Source of the DNA: Selaginella moellendorffii
Taxonomy: Eukaryota; Plantae; Lycopodiophyta
Direction of reading: 5' to 3'
Length of the DNA: 64,000 bases
Assembly: GCF_000143415.4 (NCBI RefSeq)
Contig: NW_003314379.1
Location: 186,001-250,000, forward strand
The translations under genes and the position numbers were made by a program. Under the pieces are notes generated by a model, which saw only the letters and a program-made list of their open reading frames with translations, was not told the origin of the DNA and made no database searches. Positions 10,907 through 20,959 of the stretch are shown here, piece after piece (the first letter of the stretch is position 1; every line of letters starts with the position of its first letter).

Positions 10907-12050
10907 TCACTCCAACCTGAGGCTCGCCATCGCGAAAGACACTGCGTACCGCATATACTCGGGGACACGATCCGGACGTAGCTCGTTCTGGAGGCTGTAA
11001 AGGCGAGGTTCCTTGGTAACCACGGCCACCTTGCACTTCACATAGCAAGCGCCAAGGCCAAGACGTCCTCCTGCTCCACGTAGGGACACATTGGCGAAGG
11101 CGGGGTCGTGTGACGGCCATCGCCCTTGGAGCACGAAACATCATAGTCGTTTAGCTTGAGCACTCGTTCATGGAAGACGATCATGTTGTCCGGCTTGACA
11201 TCGCGATGGAGCACTCCTTTGCTGTGATCCTCTCCGTGGCCTCCAAGCCCGGGACGTGCTGCGCGGACAAGGACTCCCCGTGCCCTTCCAGCTCTGCGAA
11301 CTTCTGCATGGAAATGGAAAACGCCCTGCGAACTTTCAAGGTCCACTGTCCCGTGATCGACGAGGCCCCGGGTGAATCCGCGTCTCGTTGCTAGCATCCT
11401 CCCGCAAGCACACCTTGACGACAGCCCCCTTCCTTCTCCTCAAGAGAACAAGCGACTTGTGGCCGTGAGCCAGGAAAGAGAGCTCAGAGGCGTGGATCTC
11501 TTTTTACGGGGATGATCCCACCAAGCGCACAATCGAAGGTGGCAGTCCAAACAGTCGCTGGATCTTTTCCACGTAAGAAACCAGCGAGCGAAACCCGGCC
11601 GTGGGCTCCGCTGGAAGAACGTCGCTCAGGGTGACACTCCCTTGCTCGCACGCATCCAGCCACCTCAGTTTCATGAGCATGAAATCCTCCTCCTTGGACA
11701 ATTGATCCGGCACTGGAAGAAACGATGGTGTTACTTGCACGGTGTTGGTTTCACGCCAGAGCTTGACGACGAAGAACCTGTCCATGCGCGAGAACAGGCA
11801 GCCGATACGAGCACTGCCCATCGTCCGGTCGATTCCCTGGCGTAGAGCAGTGATATTCAACACGTTTCCATGAGGATCTCAGTGGCTATCCTCAAATCCC
11901 ATTGATCTTAATCCATGCTGGCCAAGCGAGGCGGACTCGAGCATCGCCAACACGCTGGGATAGTATAAGTCCCCCCCAGGCCTGATCTTGGCAAGCCTGA
12001 GCTCTCGCAGTTCTTCCAGATTGAGCTCTCGCAAAAGATCCAACTTAGCT
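10907..12050 (-). pseudogene. Decayed atypical protein kinase with N-terminal extension (possibly REase+kinase, Crinkler/FunK1-like)
   Basis: One frame runs through stops at 11879 and 11504 into FLAHGHKSLV..GAVVKV..NETRIH (N-lobe). After frameshifts come GVLHRDVKPDNMIV and LNDYDVSC (DFG-equivalent). No introns. Confidence 0.7.
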
Positions 12051-13544
12051 CGCGATGGATTGCGAGCAAATGTTTGCCAATAGGATCTGTGGCACAGCAT
12101 CGCTGGGCAGCAAATTGGTGAGCTCTCCCCACACTCGCCTTGCGCGATCCACATCCCGGTGGATCTGGCAGCCAGCCAGCAGCGCCGTCCAGGCCACCGA
12201 GTTCGCGCTCGCGATCCCGCCCGACCCAACCAGGTCCTGCGCCCGGACTAGATCCCCTGCCCGCCCCAGCGCCTGGATCATCGACGAGAGATGCTCCTCC
12301 CTGGCCGTGATCCCAAAGTCCGGGAGCATTCCCATCCCCAGCCGCAATCCCTCGCCCACCATCCCGACGTGATTGCAAGCTGCCAGGACGTGCGTGAGGC
12401 ACACATCGTCGGGATCCAGCCCCTCCGCGCAGAGCATCCGGAAGAGATGGATCGCGCTCCTCGTCCGCGACTGGATCGCGATCATCGACGTCCACGACAC
12501 GAGGTCGCGCTCTGGCATGCGATCGAACACCCTGCCCGCATCGCCAATCTCTCCATTCACCGCCAGCGCCTCGAGCAGCACCGTCCACGCCGCCATCGCG
12601 TGCTCGGGCATGGCGTGGAACGCGATCTTCGCCAGATCCAGATGCCCCAGATGGGCGAATCCAATCACCATAGCCGTGCTGGTCGCGGCATTCCACTCGG
12701 GCATGGATTCCAGCACCCCACCCGCGAGCTCCATTTGGCCGCGCTGGGAATATGCCTGGAGCATCGCGGTAGAGCACACGATATCGTGCTCGGGCATGGA
12801 ATCGAACACGCGCGCTGCCCGGTTGAGCTGCCCGCTCGTGGCATACATTTGGAGCATGCCCGTCCAGGATACCAGGCTCCACTCGGGCATGGCGTCGAAT
12901 ATGCCGCTCGCGTCTTCGAGCATATGCCCGGGCATAGTATATGCCTCGAGCATCGCGTTCCACGAGACTGTGGTGCGTTGCGGCATCCGGTCGAAGATCC
13001 GCCGCGCATCGCCGGGATGCCCGCCGTGGGCATAGGCTTGAATCATTGCCGTCCATCCTACAACGTTGCGTTGCGGCATCTTGTCAAACATGGCCTTCGC
13101 ATCGGCAAGATGCCCAGCCAGGGAATATGCCTGGAGCATCGCGGTGTAGGAGACGACGTTCCTCTCCGGCATGGAATCGAAGAGGGCTTTGGCGCCGGCG
13201 AGTTCTTCGCTCCTCGCGAACGCCGTGATCATCGTGTTGAAAGCGAAGAGATCCGGCTCGGGCATTCGATCGAAGGTGGATTTGGCTAGACCAAGATGCC
13301 CGCTCAAGGCATATGCGCGTAGCATCGCGGTCCAAGCGCAAACATCCGGCTCCACGGCGCTCTCTAGCGCTCTTCGTGCCTCCTCCAGGCTCCCAAATCG
13401 GCCATACATTCTCACCAGCGAATTCCAATCCACTGGATTCCCACTCGCGACCATCTTCCTGTGGATCTCGCGCCCTGTGGAGAGATCCACGCATCGCTGG
13501 AGCTGGCCCTGGAAGGAGACGGATTCCATCATCGCCGACGCCAT
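12045..13544 (-). CDS. PLS-class pentatricopeptide repeat protein with E-type C-terminus, intronless, 499 aa
   Basis: Many repeats of the A..lFD.MPer.vvsWtaMl.aYa..G type. C-terminal HVLAACNHVG...AWTALLAGCQIH E-like region. Confidence 0.92.
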   Translation of the reverse strand: MASAMMESVSFQGQLQRCVDLSTGREIHRKMVASGNPVDWNSLVRMYGRFGSLEEARRALESAVEPDVCAWTAMLRAYALSGHLGLAKSTFDRMPEPDLFAFNTMITAFARSEELAGAKALFDSMPERNVVSYTAMLQAYSLAGHLADAKAMFDKMPQRNVVGWTAMIQAYAHGGHPGDARRIFDRMPQRTTVSWNAMLEAYTMPGHMLEDASGIFDAMPEWSLVSWTGMLQMYATSGQLNRAARVFDSMPEHDIVCSTAMLQAYSQRGQMELAGGVLESMPEWNAATSTAMVIGFAHLGHLDLAKIAFHAMPEHAMAAWTVLLEALAVNGEIGDAGRVFDRMPERDLVSWTSMIAIQSRTRSAIHLFRMLCAEGLDPDDVCLTHVLAACNHVGMVGEGLRLGMGMLPDFGITAREEHLSSMIQALGRAGDLVRAQDLVGSGGIASANSVAWTALLAGCQIHRDVDRARRVWGELTNLLPSDAVPQILLANICSQSIAS

Positions 13545-13585
13545 TCTTCCTCTTCTTCTTCCTCTTGCATCATTCTAAGCAAGAT

Positions 13586-13903
13586 CTAGCTGAGCAGTGA
13601 GATCCCATTCTTGCGGAGAGTGTCCGTGATGACCTTGATGTGGCTATGGAACTTGGGCGCCTTCTCCGCGATCTCGGCCTCCATGTTAAACCTCGCCCTG
13701 AGCATCTGCTTCTTCCTCATCCTCTCCGCCAGGGTGAATCCAACCAGCTCCGCCGCCTGGAGGCTGTTCGTCTTGGGCATCCGATCGCGCAGCGCCGCCT
13801 CCACCGACGACGCCTCGGCGTGCTGCGTCGTCTTGCGATTCCCCACAAACGCGATGATGTACTTGTTGTGGAAGCGCAGCCGCAAGAACTGCAAGATCGC
13901 CAT
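13586..13903 (-). CDS. uL18-like (ribosomal protein L18 family) small basic protein B, 105 aa
   Basis: LRLRFHNKYIIA..ASSVEAALR..AAELVG..LAERM..KFHSHIKVITDTLRKNGISLL follows the plant organellar uL18 pattern (recalled: LKMHFTNK..ASSQEKALR..KIGK.LGER..YHGKVKAVIDS.REAGVKLL). An in-frame ATG also lies in the upstream spacer. Confidence 0.75.
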   Translation of the reverse strand: MAILQFLRLRFHNKYIIAFVGNRKTTQHAEASSVEAALRDRMPKTNSLQAAELVGFTLAERMRKKQMLRARFNMEAEIAEKAPKFHSHIKVITDTLRKNGISLLS

Positions 13904-13949
13904 AGCCGCCAAGAACCCTAAACCCCTCCTATCCATCCAATCTGTCCTG

Positions 13950-14261
13950 TCAGTAGAGCGTGATGCCATTCTGGCTGAGCGCGACCGCGATGGTGGTGAT
14001 GTAGTCGTGGTACCTGGGATCCTTGTCCGCGAACTCGCGCTTCATGTCAAACTTGGCCTTGTGGAGGCATTTGGCCTTCATCCTCTCCGCCAGCGCCCTG
14101 CCAACGAGCTCCGCCGAATCCAAGCTCATCCGCTGCCTCTTCTTGTCCTGGAGGAGCGATTCGCTGCTCGTCGCCATCACCACCTTGCGCACTCGCGCGC
14201 TGCTGATGAACGCCGCCATGTAGTAGCGCTCGAAGCGCAGCCTGAGATGATAGCACACCAT
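13950..14261 (-). CDS. uL18-like small basic protein A, 103 aa (diverged tandem paralog)
   Basis: LRLRF..ATSSESLL..SAELVGRALAERM..RYHDYITTIAVALSQNGITLY aligns along its length with protein B. Confidence 0.72.
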   Translation of the reverse strand: MVCYHLRLRFERYYMAAFISSARVRKVVMATSSESLLQDKKRQRMSLDSAELVGRALAERMKAKCLHKAKFDMKREFADKDPRYHDYITTIAVALSQNGITLY

Positions 14262-14530
14262 TGTTCCACCACTTTGTGAGAAAGAAAAACCTTCGCCCTT
14301 TTCTACCCAAGATCTAAGAAGATCTAAAGAAGATCTAAGAGAAGATCTGAGAACACTGCCCAAGAACTAGACGAGAGAAGGAACTTCTGAGCGCAGCATA
14401 GCAAGAATGATAGATACAAAGCTATACAAAAATTCCCAGCCCAGCCCAGGCCCCCCTTATTGCGTTGTCACACACCTCAATCGCGGAGAATACATACCAG
14501 GGAGTGGAGTGAAATCGATCGATCCGCGCG

Positions 14531-15437
14531 TCAGCTCTTCGTTTTCGAGTGCTTGACGAGCCACTCGATGACTACTTCGATGTTGGTGGAGTTCTTGCAC
14601 GAGATCATGTAGCAAGAAACCTCCCTGTCCGCCAGAGATTGCAAGCTCCTGCGAGAGAAACAAGCCGTAAGAACAATCGTCTAGAAAAAGAGAAACTTTG
14701 CTGCTTGCTTACTCACATTTGATCGATCAACGCCTGCTTGGAGAGATGATCCGGCTTATCAATCTTGTTACCGAGAACTAGCACTGGTACTCCGGCTAGC
14801 GATGGCTTTCCCAGTAGATCATGGAGCTCGTCCCTGGAAATCGCGACGTTCTCTCTATCAGAAGCATCCACAACGTAGCTGGAAAACCAAAGAATTTTTT
14901 TTTTTTCGTGCGTTCGTTAGTCGTCGCAAGTTGGCGGCTCGAGAAGTTCTTACACGATAGCTGAAACTCCGCGGCAATAGCGCTCCCACATACTCCGGAA
15001 GCGTGGTTGTCCGCCCAGATCCCACAGCTTGATCGTCACATTGCCTTTGGTCACTTTTCTCATGTTGAATCCCACCTGCGAGAGAGAGATCCTCAGGTCA
15101 GGCATGGAGGAGACAAGGATGGATCGATCGAGAGAATTCCTACCGTTGGAATCATGTCCTCGTTGAATCCACCAGTCTGCGATGGAGGAGCTAGAAAAGA
15201 TCAGCCAAGAAAGACTCTCTGCGCATTCGCGAATTTTCCATACCGCAATCACATTCACCAGCGACGTCTTGCCAGCGTTTTGGAGTCCAATCAGCGACAG
15301 CTCCATTTCTTGCGTGAAGAACAAACTAAGAGAGAGCGAGAGACAGAGAGCTCAATCACCAGAGCTGGGAAGAAATCCATGGATGATTCGTGCTCTTACC
15401 TGCGAAGCCAATTGAGGAAGGCGTCCCACAGCCCCAT
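14531..15437 (-). CDS. ARL8: ARF-like small GTPase ARL8
   Basis: Multi-exon: [71 protein letters not shown], ending [24 protein letters not shown]. Confidence 0.95.
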
Positions 15438-15707
15438 CGCCGCGCCTGCCAAATGCCCTACCAGACTACACCATGCGCGCAAAAACCTAGTATCCCTAAT
15501 TTGCCTCTCTCTTTTCACTTGTGAAAGGTCACATTTCATCGTCCACCATAGCCTCAAGCTCCACTCAACCACGGCCGTGGATCTCGCCAGTGCCGTACGC
15601 CATTCCGTACCACAGCTGTCCTCCAGCGCAGCGCAATGTGCTGGAACAGCGGTGAACGTCCGATTCTCCGCCATCCAACGGGCGCGCTTTCTTTGTTTTT
15701 GATTCTT

Positions 15708-17580
15708 CTAAGCCTTGGAGCGCTTGTTCTTGCTGCCGCTACGTTGGTGATCCTCCCTTCCTCTTCCTCTTTTGTTTGATCGCGGGTTCCCCATCTTGTT
15801 CTTGGAGCCTCTACGTTGATGATCCTCCCTTTCTCTTTCTCGTTTGTTTGATCGTGGTTTCCCCATCGCGAACTTCCCCATCTTTGGGAACTGGTTAACC
15901 TTTGCTCGTCCAACTTTGAATCCGCGCTTAAATCCACGCTTTTGCGCTGCTCCGGTCGTAAAGTCTGGCACAAAAAGCCAGAAAAACTCCATCAGAAACA
16001 AGGAACTTGTCGCAACAAAGTAAAGTTTCGTTTACCTTCGCCAGGTTCTTCACCGACTTCCTGGCGATAATAATCGGCATCGTCGTCCTCTTCCTCCTCC
16101 TCGTGTTGTTCCTCACCATCCATGTCCACGTCCATATCATCGACTGGCTCCTCCTTTTTCTTGTTCTTCTTCTTGTTTTCTTCTCTCAAAAGCCTGACAG
16201 GCAGATCAGAGAGCTGAGCCAAAGAGAAAAAAAGAGGAACAACGCTCACTCTTTCCGTCGAACGTTCGCTTCCTGTTCTGCCTTTCTTTGCTTCCGTAAT
16301 GCCTCCCGCTTCTCGAAAGTTTCTTTCAGTTCTGCTACTTCTTCCGCGGTTTTTTTAACTGAAAAGAAACAAAAAACAGCTCGTCGTCAGCAAGCTGCTT
16401 CCATACACAGTGCATGCAAACATACCATACTCGTGGAACATGACCGCTCCTGAACAAAGCCCCTCCTCGACTTTCACGAGCTGCAGCGTCATTCTAGGCC
16501 CGATCTCATGGAGCTTGACAGCACTCTGTTGTGATGCCGGATTTCCTCGTCCATAATCTTGTGGCAGCGTCACCCTTGAGGATTCATTCTCAGCTTCGCT
16601 CTCAGAACCATATCCGGATCTACGAACAAGAAGAAAAGGCCGTGAGAAACAATGACACTGTTGCTTGGCTAGAGAGGCATACTTGGTAACAAACTCGCTC
16701 ACGTCGTTGAGCGTCCTGAGATCTGGAATTTTGGTTCGTTGGACAAGCTTACGAATTCCACGAGAAACCCCGACGGGCTGTGCGCTGATCGCATAGTGGC
16801 GAAAGTCGATCACCTTTGTGTCTTTGTCATAGTTCAAGAGGAGAACCCTTTGACAAAGCGAAAGTTTCACCTGAAAATCAACTGTAAATCGACGTTAGCT
16901 TGTGATGCAGCTCTACCTTTTTCACATCGATAACTGGGAAAATGTTTTGGAACATAATTGTCACAAGCTTCAAGTGAGCTTCAGCAGGATTGAATCCGTT
17001 AAGAACAACCTGAGCAGAAGGACGAGTCATAACGATCGTCTTTGCAAAAAACAAGTTTTTTTTTACCAAAGGTGGATTTTTGAAGATTGATGGTGGTGCT
17101 CGGTACCTCAGAAGAGCACGAGCAACGTCCGCGGCCAGGCAGAAATCATGAACCTTGAAGGTCATGGTCGGGCCGTGAGGACTTCGGACAACTTTCATGT
17201 AAGGAGCGTTTTTCGTGTTGGACAGGATCACAAAATGCGAAACACCCAAAGGACCAGCGACGTGAACAAAGTCCTTAAGCGTGTTCTTCCCAGATTCCTA
17301 AAGAGAGAGGTCACTCGCATTTCCTCTAGAAAATCTGCCCGGACTTACCTTGAGATGCAATGCAGTGTGAGGAAGCATCAGCTTGCGCAAATCCTGCTCC
17401 AAATTCCGGAGAAGCACCGGCAATTTCCCTCTGCCAATGACAAAGCTCCTGGGAATCTTCTCGCCCGTCTCATGGCTCGGCGCTAACTCCTTGTGCGTGT
17501 GCTTCTTCCTCTGCAAGAACAAGCAATGAATCGATCCAGAAGAACGAAAATCCAAGACGCACCCTTCGCGTGTGTCCCAT
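15708..17580 (-). CDS. PPAN: Peter Pan/SSF1 Brix-domain ribosome biogenesis protein
   Basis: Multi-exon: IPRSFV..DLRKLMLPHTA, GPTMTFKV, QRVLLLNYD..DFRHYAI, VKLHEIGPRMTLQLVKVEEGLCSG (Brix signature), acidic/basic tail. Confidence 0.92.
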
Positions 17581-17670
17581 TGAAGAACCCTAGCCTAGGG
17601 TTTTACGGCACCCAAGAATATTCTATTTGGTGTAAGAAAATGGCATATTCACAGAGCTTTGATAGCATAT

Positions 17671-18841
17671 TCACATAAATGAGAGCTTGAGAAGGATTGC
17701 CAGGGTTGCGCCCGCCGCGATGTTTAATACATTGACAATGTCGTTGTTTAGCTACAAGGAAAATGGTACTTTGGTTAGAACGAATAGTAAGAAAAAATTC
17801 GTGGATTTACCCATTCGAATCCAGGCTTGCCTTGTAACGTAGCTCCCAGATAGCTCTCGAAAAAATTGGCTACTTGCGAAGATATCACACAGATCACCGC
17901 TCCGGAAAAATCCACCTAGCGGAAGAACACGATCGAAGATCACGATCAAGCGATCTGGAAACGATTTATCCAAACCTCATGCAAGCTCCAAGCAGCGGAC
18001 GCTAGGAGGATCGAAGCAACGAGTCCAGCGGCAGTGCCTTCCAAACTCACTGCTCCCTCGGTTCCTCGCGGAACGATCGAAAAGTTCGTCACGAGGTACC
18101 TGAAAATGAGAAAGATGATCACGACAAAGAAGAACTCGAAAGAACTCGCTCACGTTGTCTTGCCGTAAGCTTTGCCGATCTCGCTGGAGATGGTGTCGCT
18201 GAGCTTGGTGGAGAAGCTGGCGACGAAGGCGAGCTTCCAGAGCGGGAGGAAATCGCTTCCACCGATCCCAGAGGCGGCGGCCAGCGCGCACACAATGCCG
18301 GCGCTCCCAGATCCCCACACGCTCGCTGGCCCGCGCTTGCCACTCCGCTTCTCCGCGATCCCCTCGGCCTCCTTTTGCTTGATCTTCACCTTGGTCGCTC
18401 CAGTTCCCTGCAAGAACGAAGAAATCTCTCGAAACTTTTCCCCCAAGAAATCTGGCGATGGATCGAGAGACTCACCAGGCAAAAGTAGATCGCGGCGACG
18501 AGCAAGCCTTGTCCGCCAAACGCCCTCCACAGCACCAATCCCAGGATGTAAGCATTGCCGACGCCCGGCCAGGTAAGGCCAGCCCTAAGCAGCGGGAATC
18601 CCAGCGCGAAGATCACACCATTGGCGACCATGGCAGCTCCCCACGACGCCGGATCCTCGGAGAATGCCCAGCGCACCACTTCGATCGCGCTCCTGGCCTC
18701 CTCCATACTCGCCCTCACGCTTACCGTCGATCTCCTCCTCGATCTCCTGAATCTAGGCTGCGAGGAGCTAGATCTGTGCGAGATCTTGCTGCCGCATTGC
18801 GATGGAACCAGGCATAGCGGAGGCCACCGCGCCACGCTCAT
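17671..18841 (-). CDS. VTE6: DUF92 phytyl-phosphate kinase VTE6-like, plastid-targeted (alternative ATG at 18859)
   Basis: Transit-peptide-like S/R-rich N-terminus. GATKVK..QKEAEGIAEKRSGKRGPASVWGS, TKLSDTISSEIGKAYGKTTYLVT..VPRGTEGAVSLEGT, last exon LNNDIVNVLNI. Confidence 0.88.
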
Positions 18842-18857
18842 CGCCTGCCCTAAATCC

Positions 18858-20855
18858 ATGAGGGCAATCCATCGATCGATCCATCATGGGCGCCCCGCGA
18901 TGAATCGCCAGCAATGGCTGGATCGCATCAAGGCCTCGAGCAGGAGCGCGCCGCGATGCGGCGAGATCTTGAGCCTGCTGATCCAGGAGCAAGAGCAAGA
19001 GAAGCAAGATTTGCCCGTGTGGAACAAGCTGATCGAGACGCTTGGGCGATTGGGGAGCATCACGCAGGCGAGGCGCGCATTCGATGCCATTGCCGCCAAG
19101 GATGCCTTCTCGTGGGTGATCATGCTCTCGGTCTACTCGCGGAATGGGCAAGTGGAAGAGGCCAGGAAGATCTTCGACGCCATGCCCGGCAAGAACACCG
19201 TGGCTCTCAATGCGATGCTGGCGGCGTATGCCAGGAATGGTCTCGTTGGGGACGCTAAGAAGTTCTTCGATTCCTCCATTTCTAATGGGAACCTCATCGC
19301 CTGGAACACTCTTCTCGCGGCATATGCCCAAAACGGGCATCTGGATCGAGCAAAGACGATCTTTGATTCCATGCCCACGCATGATCTTTGCTCCGGCACT
19401 GCGATGGTGGATGCCTTTGGGGAGATTGGCCTCCTGGGCAATGCTAGAAGAGTGTTTGATGGAATGAAGTTTCGAGATCTCGTGACTTGGAATGCTATGA
19501 TCTCTGCGCTTGCCCGGAATGGGCATTTCGAGGAGTGTCGAGAGCTGTTTGATAAGCTTCCTTTGCAGAGCTTGGTATCTTTCACTGCCATGCTGGGAAC
19601 TTTTGCGCAACAAGGTGATTTGGAGCTTGCAAAGATTCTTTTCGACGAAATGCCCGAATGGGATCTTGTGTCGTGGAACGCCATGATTTCACTGTATGCC
19701 CAAAGCGGGCATTTTGACAGAGCAAAGGAGATGTTTGATCTGATGCCCAAGAGGGATGTTTTCACCTGGACGGCAATGCTTGTCGCTACAATCAGTTCTC
19801 AGGGCTTGCGAGAGGCAAAGCTTTTGTTTGATCGAATGCCAGAGAGAAGTATCGTCTCCTCGACTGCGCTTCTTGCCGCTTATGCCCAGAGAGGGCATCT
19901 CCAAGAATCCAGAGACCTATACCGCGCGATGCCCGAGAAAGACCTCTATTCCGCCACTGCAATGCTGGGCGTTCTCGCGCAGCTCAGCCTGATCGGAGAG
20001 GCGCAAGAGATTTACGAGAGCATGCCCGAGTGTGATCTCATCTCATCCACAGCAATGCTGGTTGCGAATTCCACCCAATCTGTGGATTCCGCGAAAGCAA
20101 TGCTAGAATCCCTGCCGGACAAGCTCGATCCTACCGCCTGGAACGCAATCATCTCCGCCCTAGCCCACAGCGCGCACGGGCTGGAAGAAGCCCGGGCGCT
20201 GTTCGACTCCATGCCCCAACGAGATGGCGCCTCGTGGAGCGCGATGCTAGAGGCATATGCCCGGCATGGGTATCTTTCCCTGGCGCGGGAGATATTCCAG
20301 GGCATCCCACAGCGCGACGACTTCGCGTGGAACTCGATGCTGGCGGCATATTCCCGGAACGGGTATCTTGCCGAGGCATATGCGGTGTTCGATTCCATGC
20401 CCCGCCAGGACTTCGTCGCGTGGAGCTCGATGCTCGCGGCATATTCCTTGAATGGGCATCCTTTGCAGGCATTGGACGTTTTCGACGAGATGAAGGCCAG
20501 CGAGTTTCCCGACGAGGTGTGCTTCGTGCTCGTGCTACTTTCGTGTAGCCATGCCGGGAAAGTCTACGACAGCGGCAGGAACTTCGTGTCGATGGCTATG
20601 GATTTCGGGATCCAGCCGACAAGGCAGCACTACTGCTGCATGGTCGACTCGCTCGCTCGATCCGGATTCGTGCGAGAGGCTCGGGAGCTTGTCGGGAGCA
20701 TGCCATTTGTTCCAGACTCGGTGGAGTGGACGGCGCTGCTGGGGAGTTGCAAGAGCCACGAAGAACACCGGGATGGAGCTCTGGCGGCCAAGTCGGCGCT
20801 TAACTCGGCTCCGGGAGACTCGTCTTCGTATCTGCTGCTTGCGAGCTTTGTGTGA
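18858..20855 (+). CDS. PLS-class PPR protein with E-type C-terminus, intronless (first ATG 18858, alternative 18900)
   Basis: Many short PPR repeats, then VLLSCSHAG...HYCCMVDSLARSG...WTALLGSC...YLLLA. The ORF-track start at 18555 is not an ATG. Confidence 0.92.
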   Translation: MRAIHRSIHHGRPAMNRQQWLDRIKASSRSAPRCGEILSLLIQEQEQEKQDLPVWNKLIETLGRLGSITQARRAFDAIAAKDAFSWVIMLSVYSRNGQVEEARKIFDAMPGKNTVALNAMLAAYARNGLVGDAKKFFDSSISNGNLIAWNTLLAAYAQNGHLDRAKTIFDSMPTHDLCSGTAMVDAFGEIGLLGNARRVFDGMKFRDLVTWNAMISALARNGHFEECRELFDKLPLQSLVSFTAMLGTFAQQGDLELAKILFDEMPEWDLVSWNAMISLYAQSGHFDRAKEMFDLMPKRDVFTWTAMLVATISSQGLREAKLLFDRMPERSIVSSTALLAAYAQRGHLQESRDLYRAMPEKDLYSATAMLGVLAQLSLIGEAQEIYESMPECDLISSTAMLVANSTQSVDSAKAMLESLPDKLDPTAWNAIISALAHSAHGLEEARALFDSMPQRDGASWSAMLEAYARHGYLSLAREIFQGIPQRDDFAWNSMLAAYSRNGYLAEAYAVFDSMPRQDFVAWSSMLAAYSLNGHPLQALDVFDEMKASEFPDEVCFVLVLLSCSHAGKVYDSGRNFVSMAMDFGIQPTRQHYCCMVDSLARSGFVREARELVGSMPFVPDSVEWTALLGSCKSHEEHRDGALAAKSALNSAPGDSSSYLLLASFV

Positions 20856-20959
20856 TCACGACGAACGAGGCTAGATCATCTGCACCGAGGAAAAAGAAAA
20901 GTCACTGCTATACAAAACAAGACCCACCACTGTACACCAAGAATCGCCCAGCTGTGGAG

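Noticed and set aside
11908-13289. Long ORFs overlapping the PPR gene (11908..13056, 12291..13289); likewise 18768..19613 and 31732..32625
   Set aside because: Shadow frames of GC-rich coding sequence with no recognisable motifs.
18555-18857. N-terminal extension of the 766-aa PPR ORF
   Set aside because: It begins at a non-ATG codon and is antisense to VTE6 exon 1. The first ATG is at 18858.
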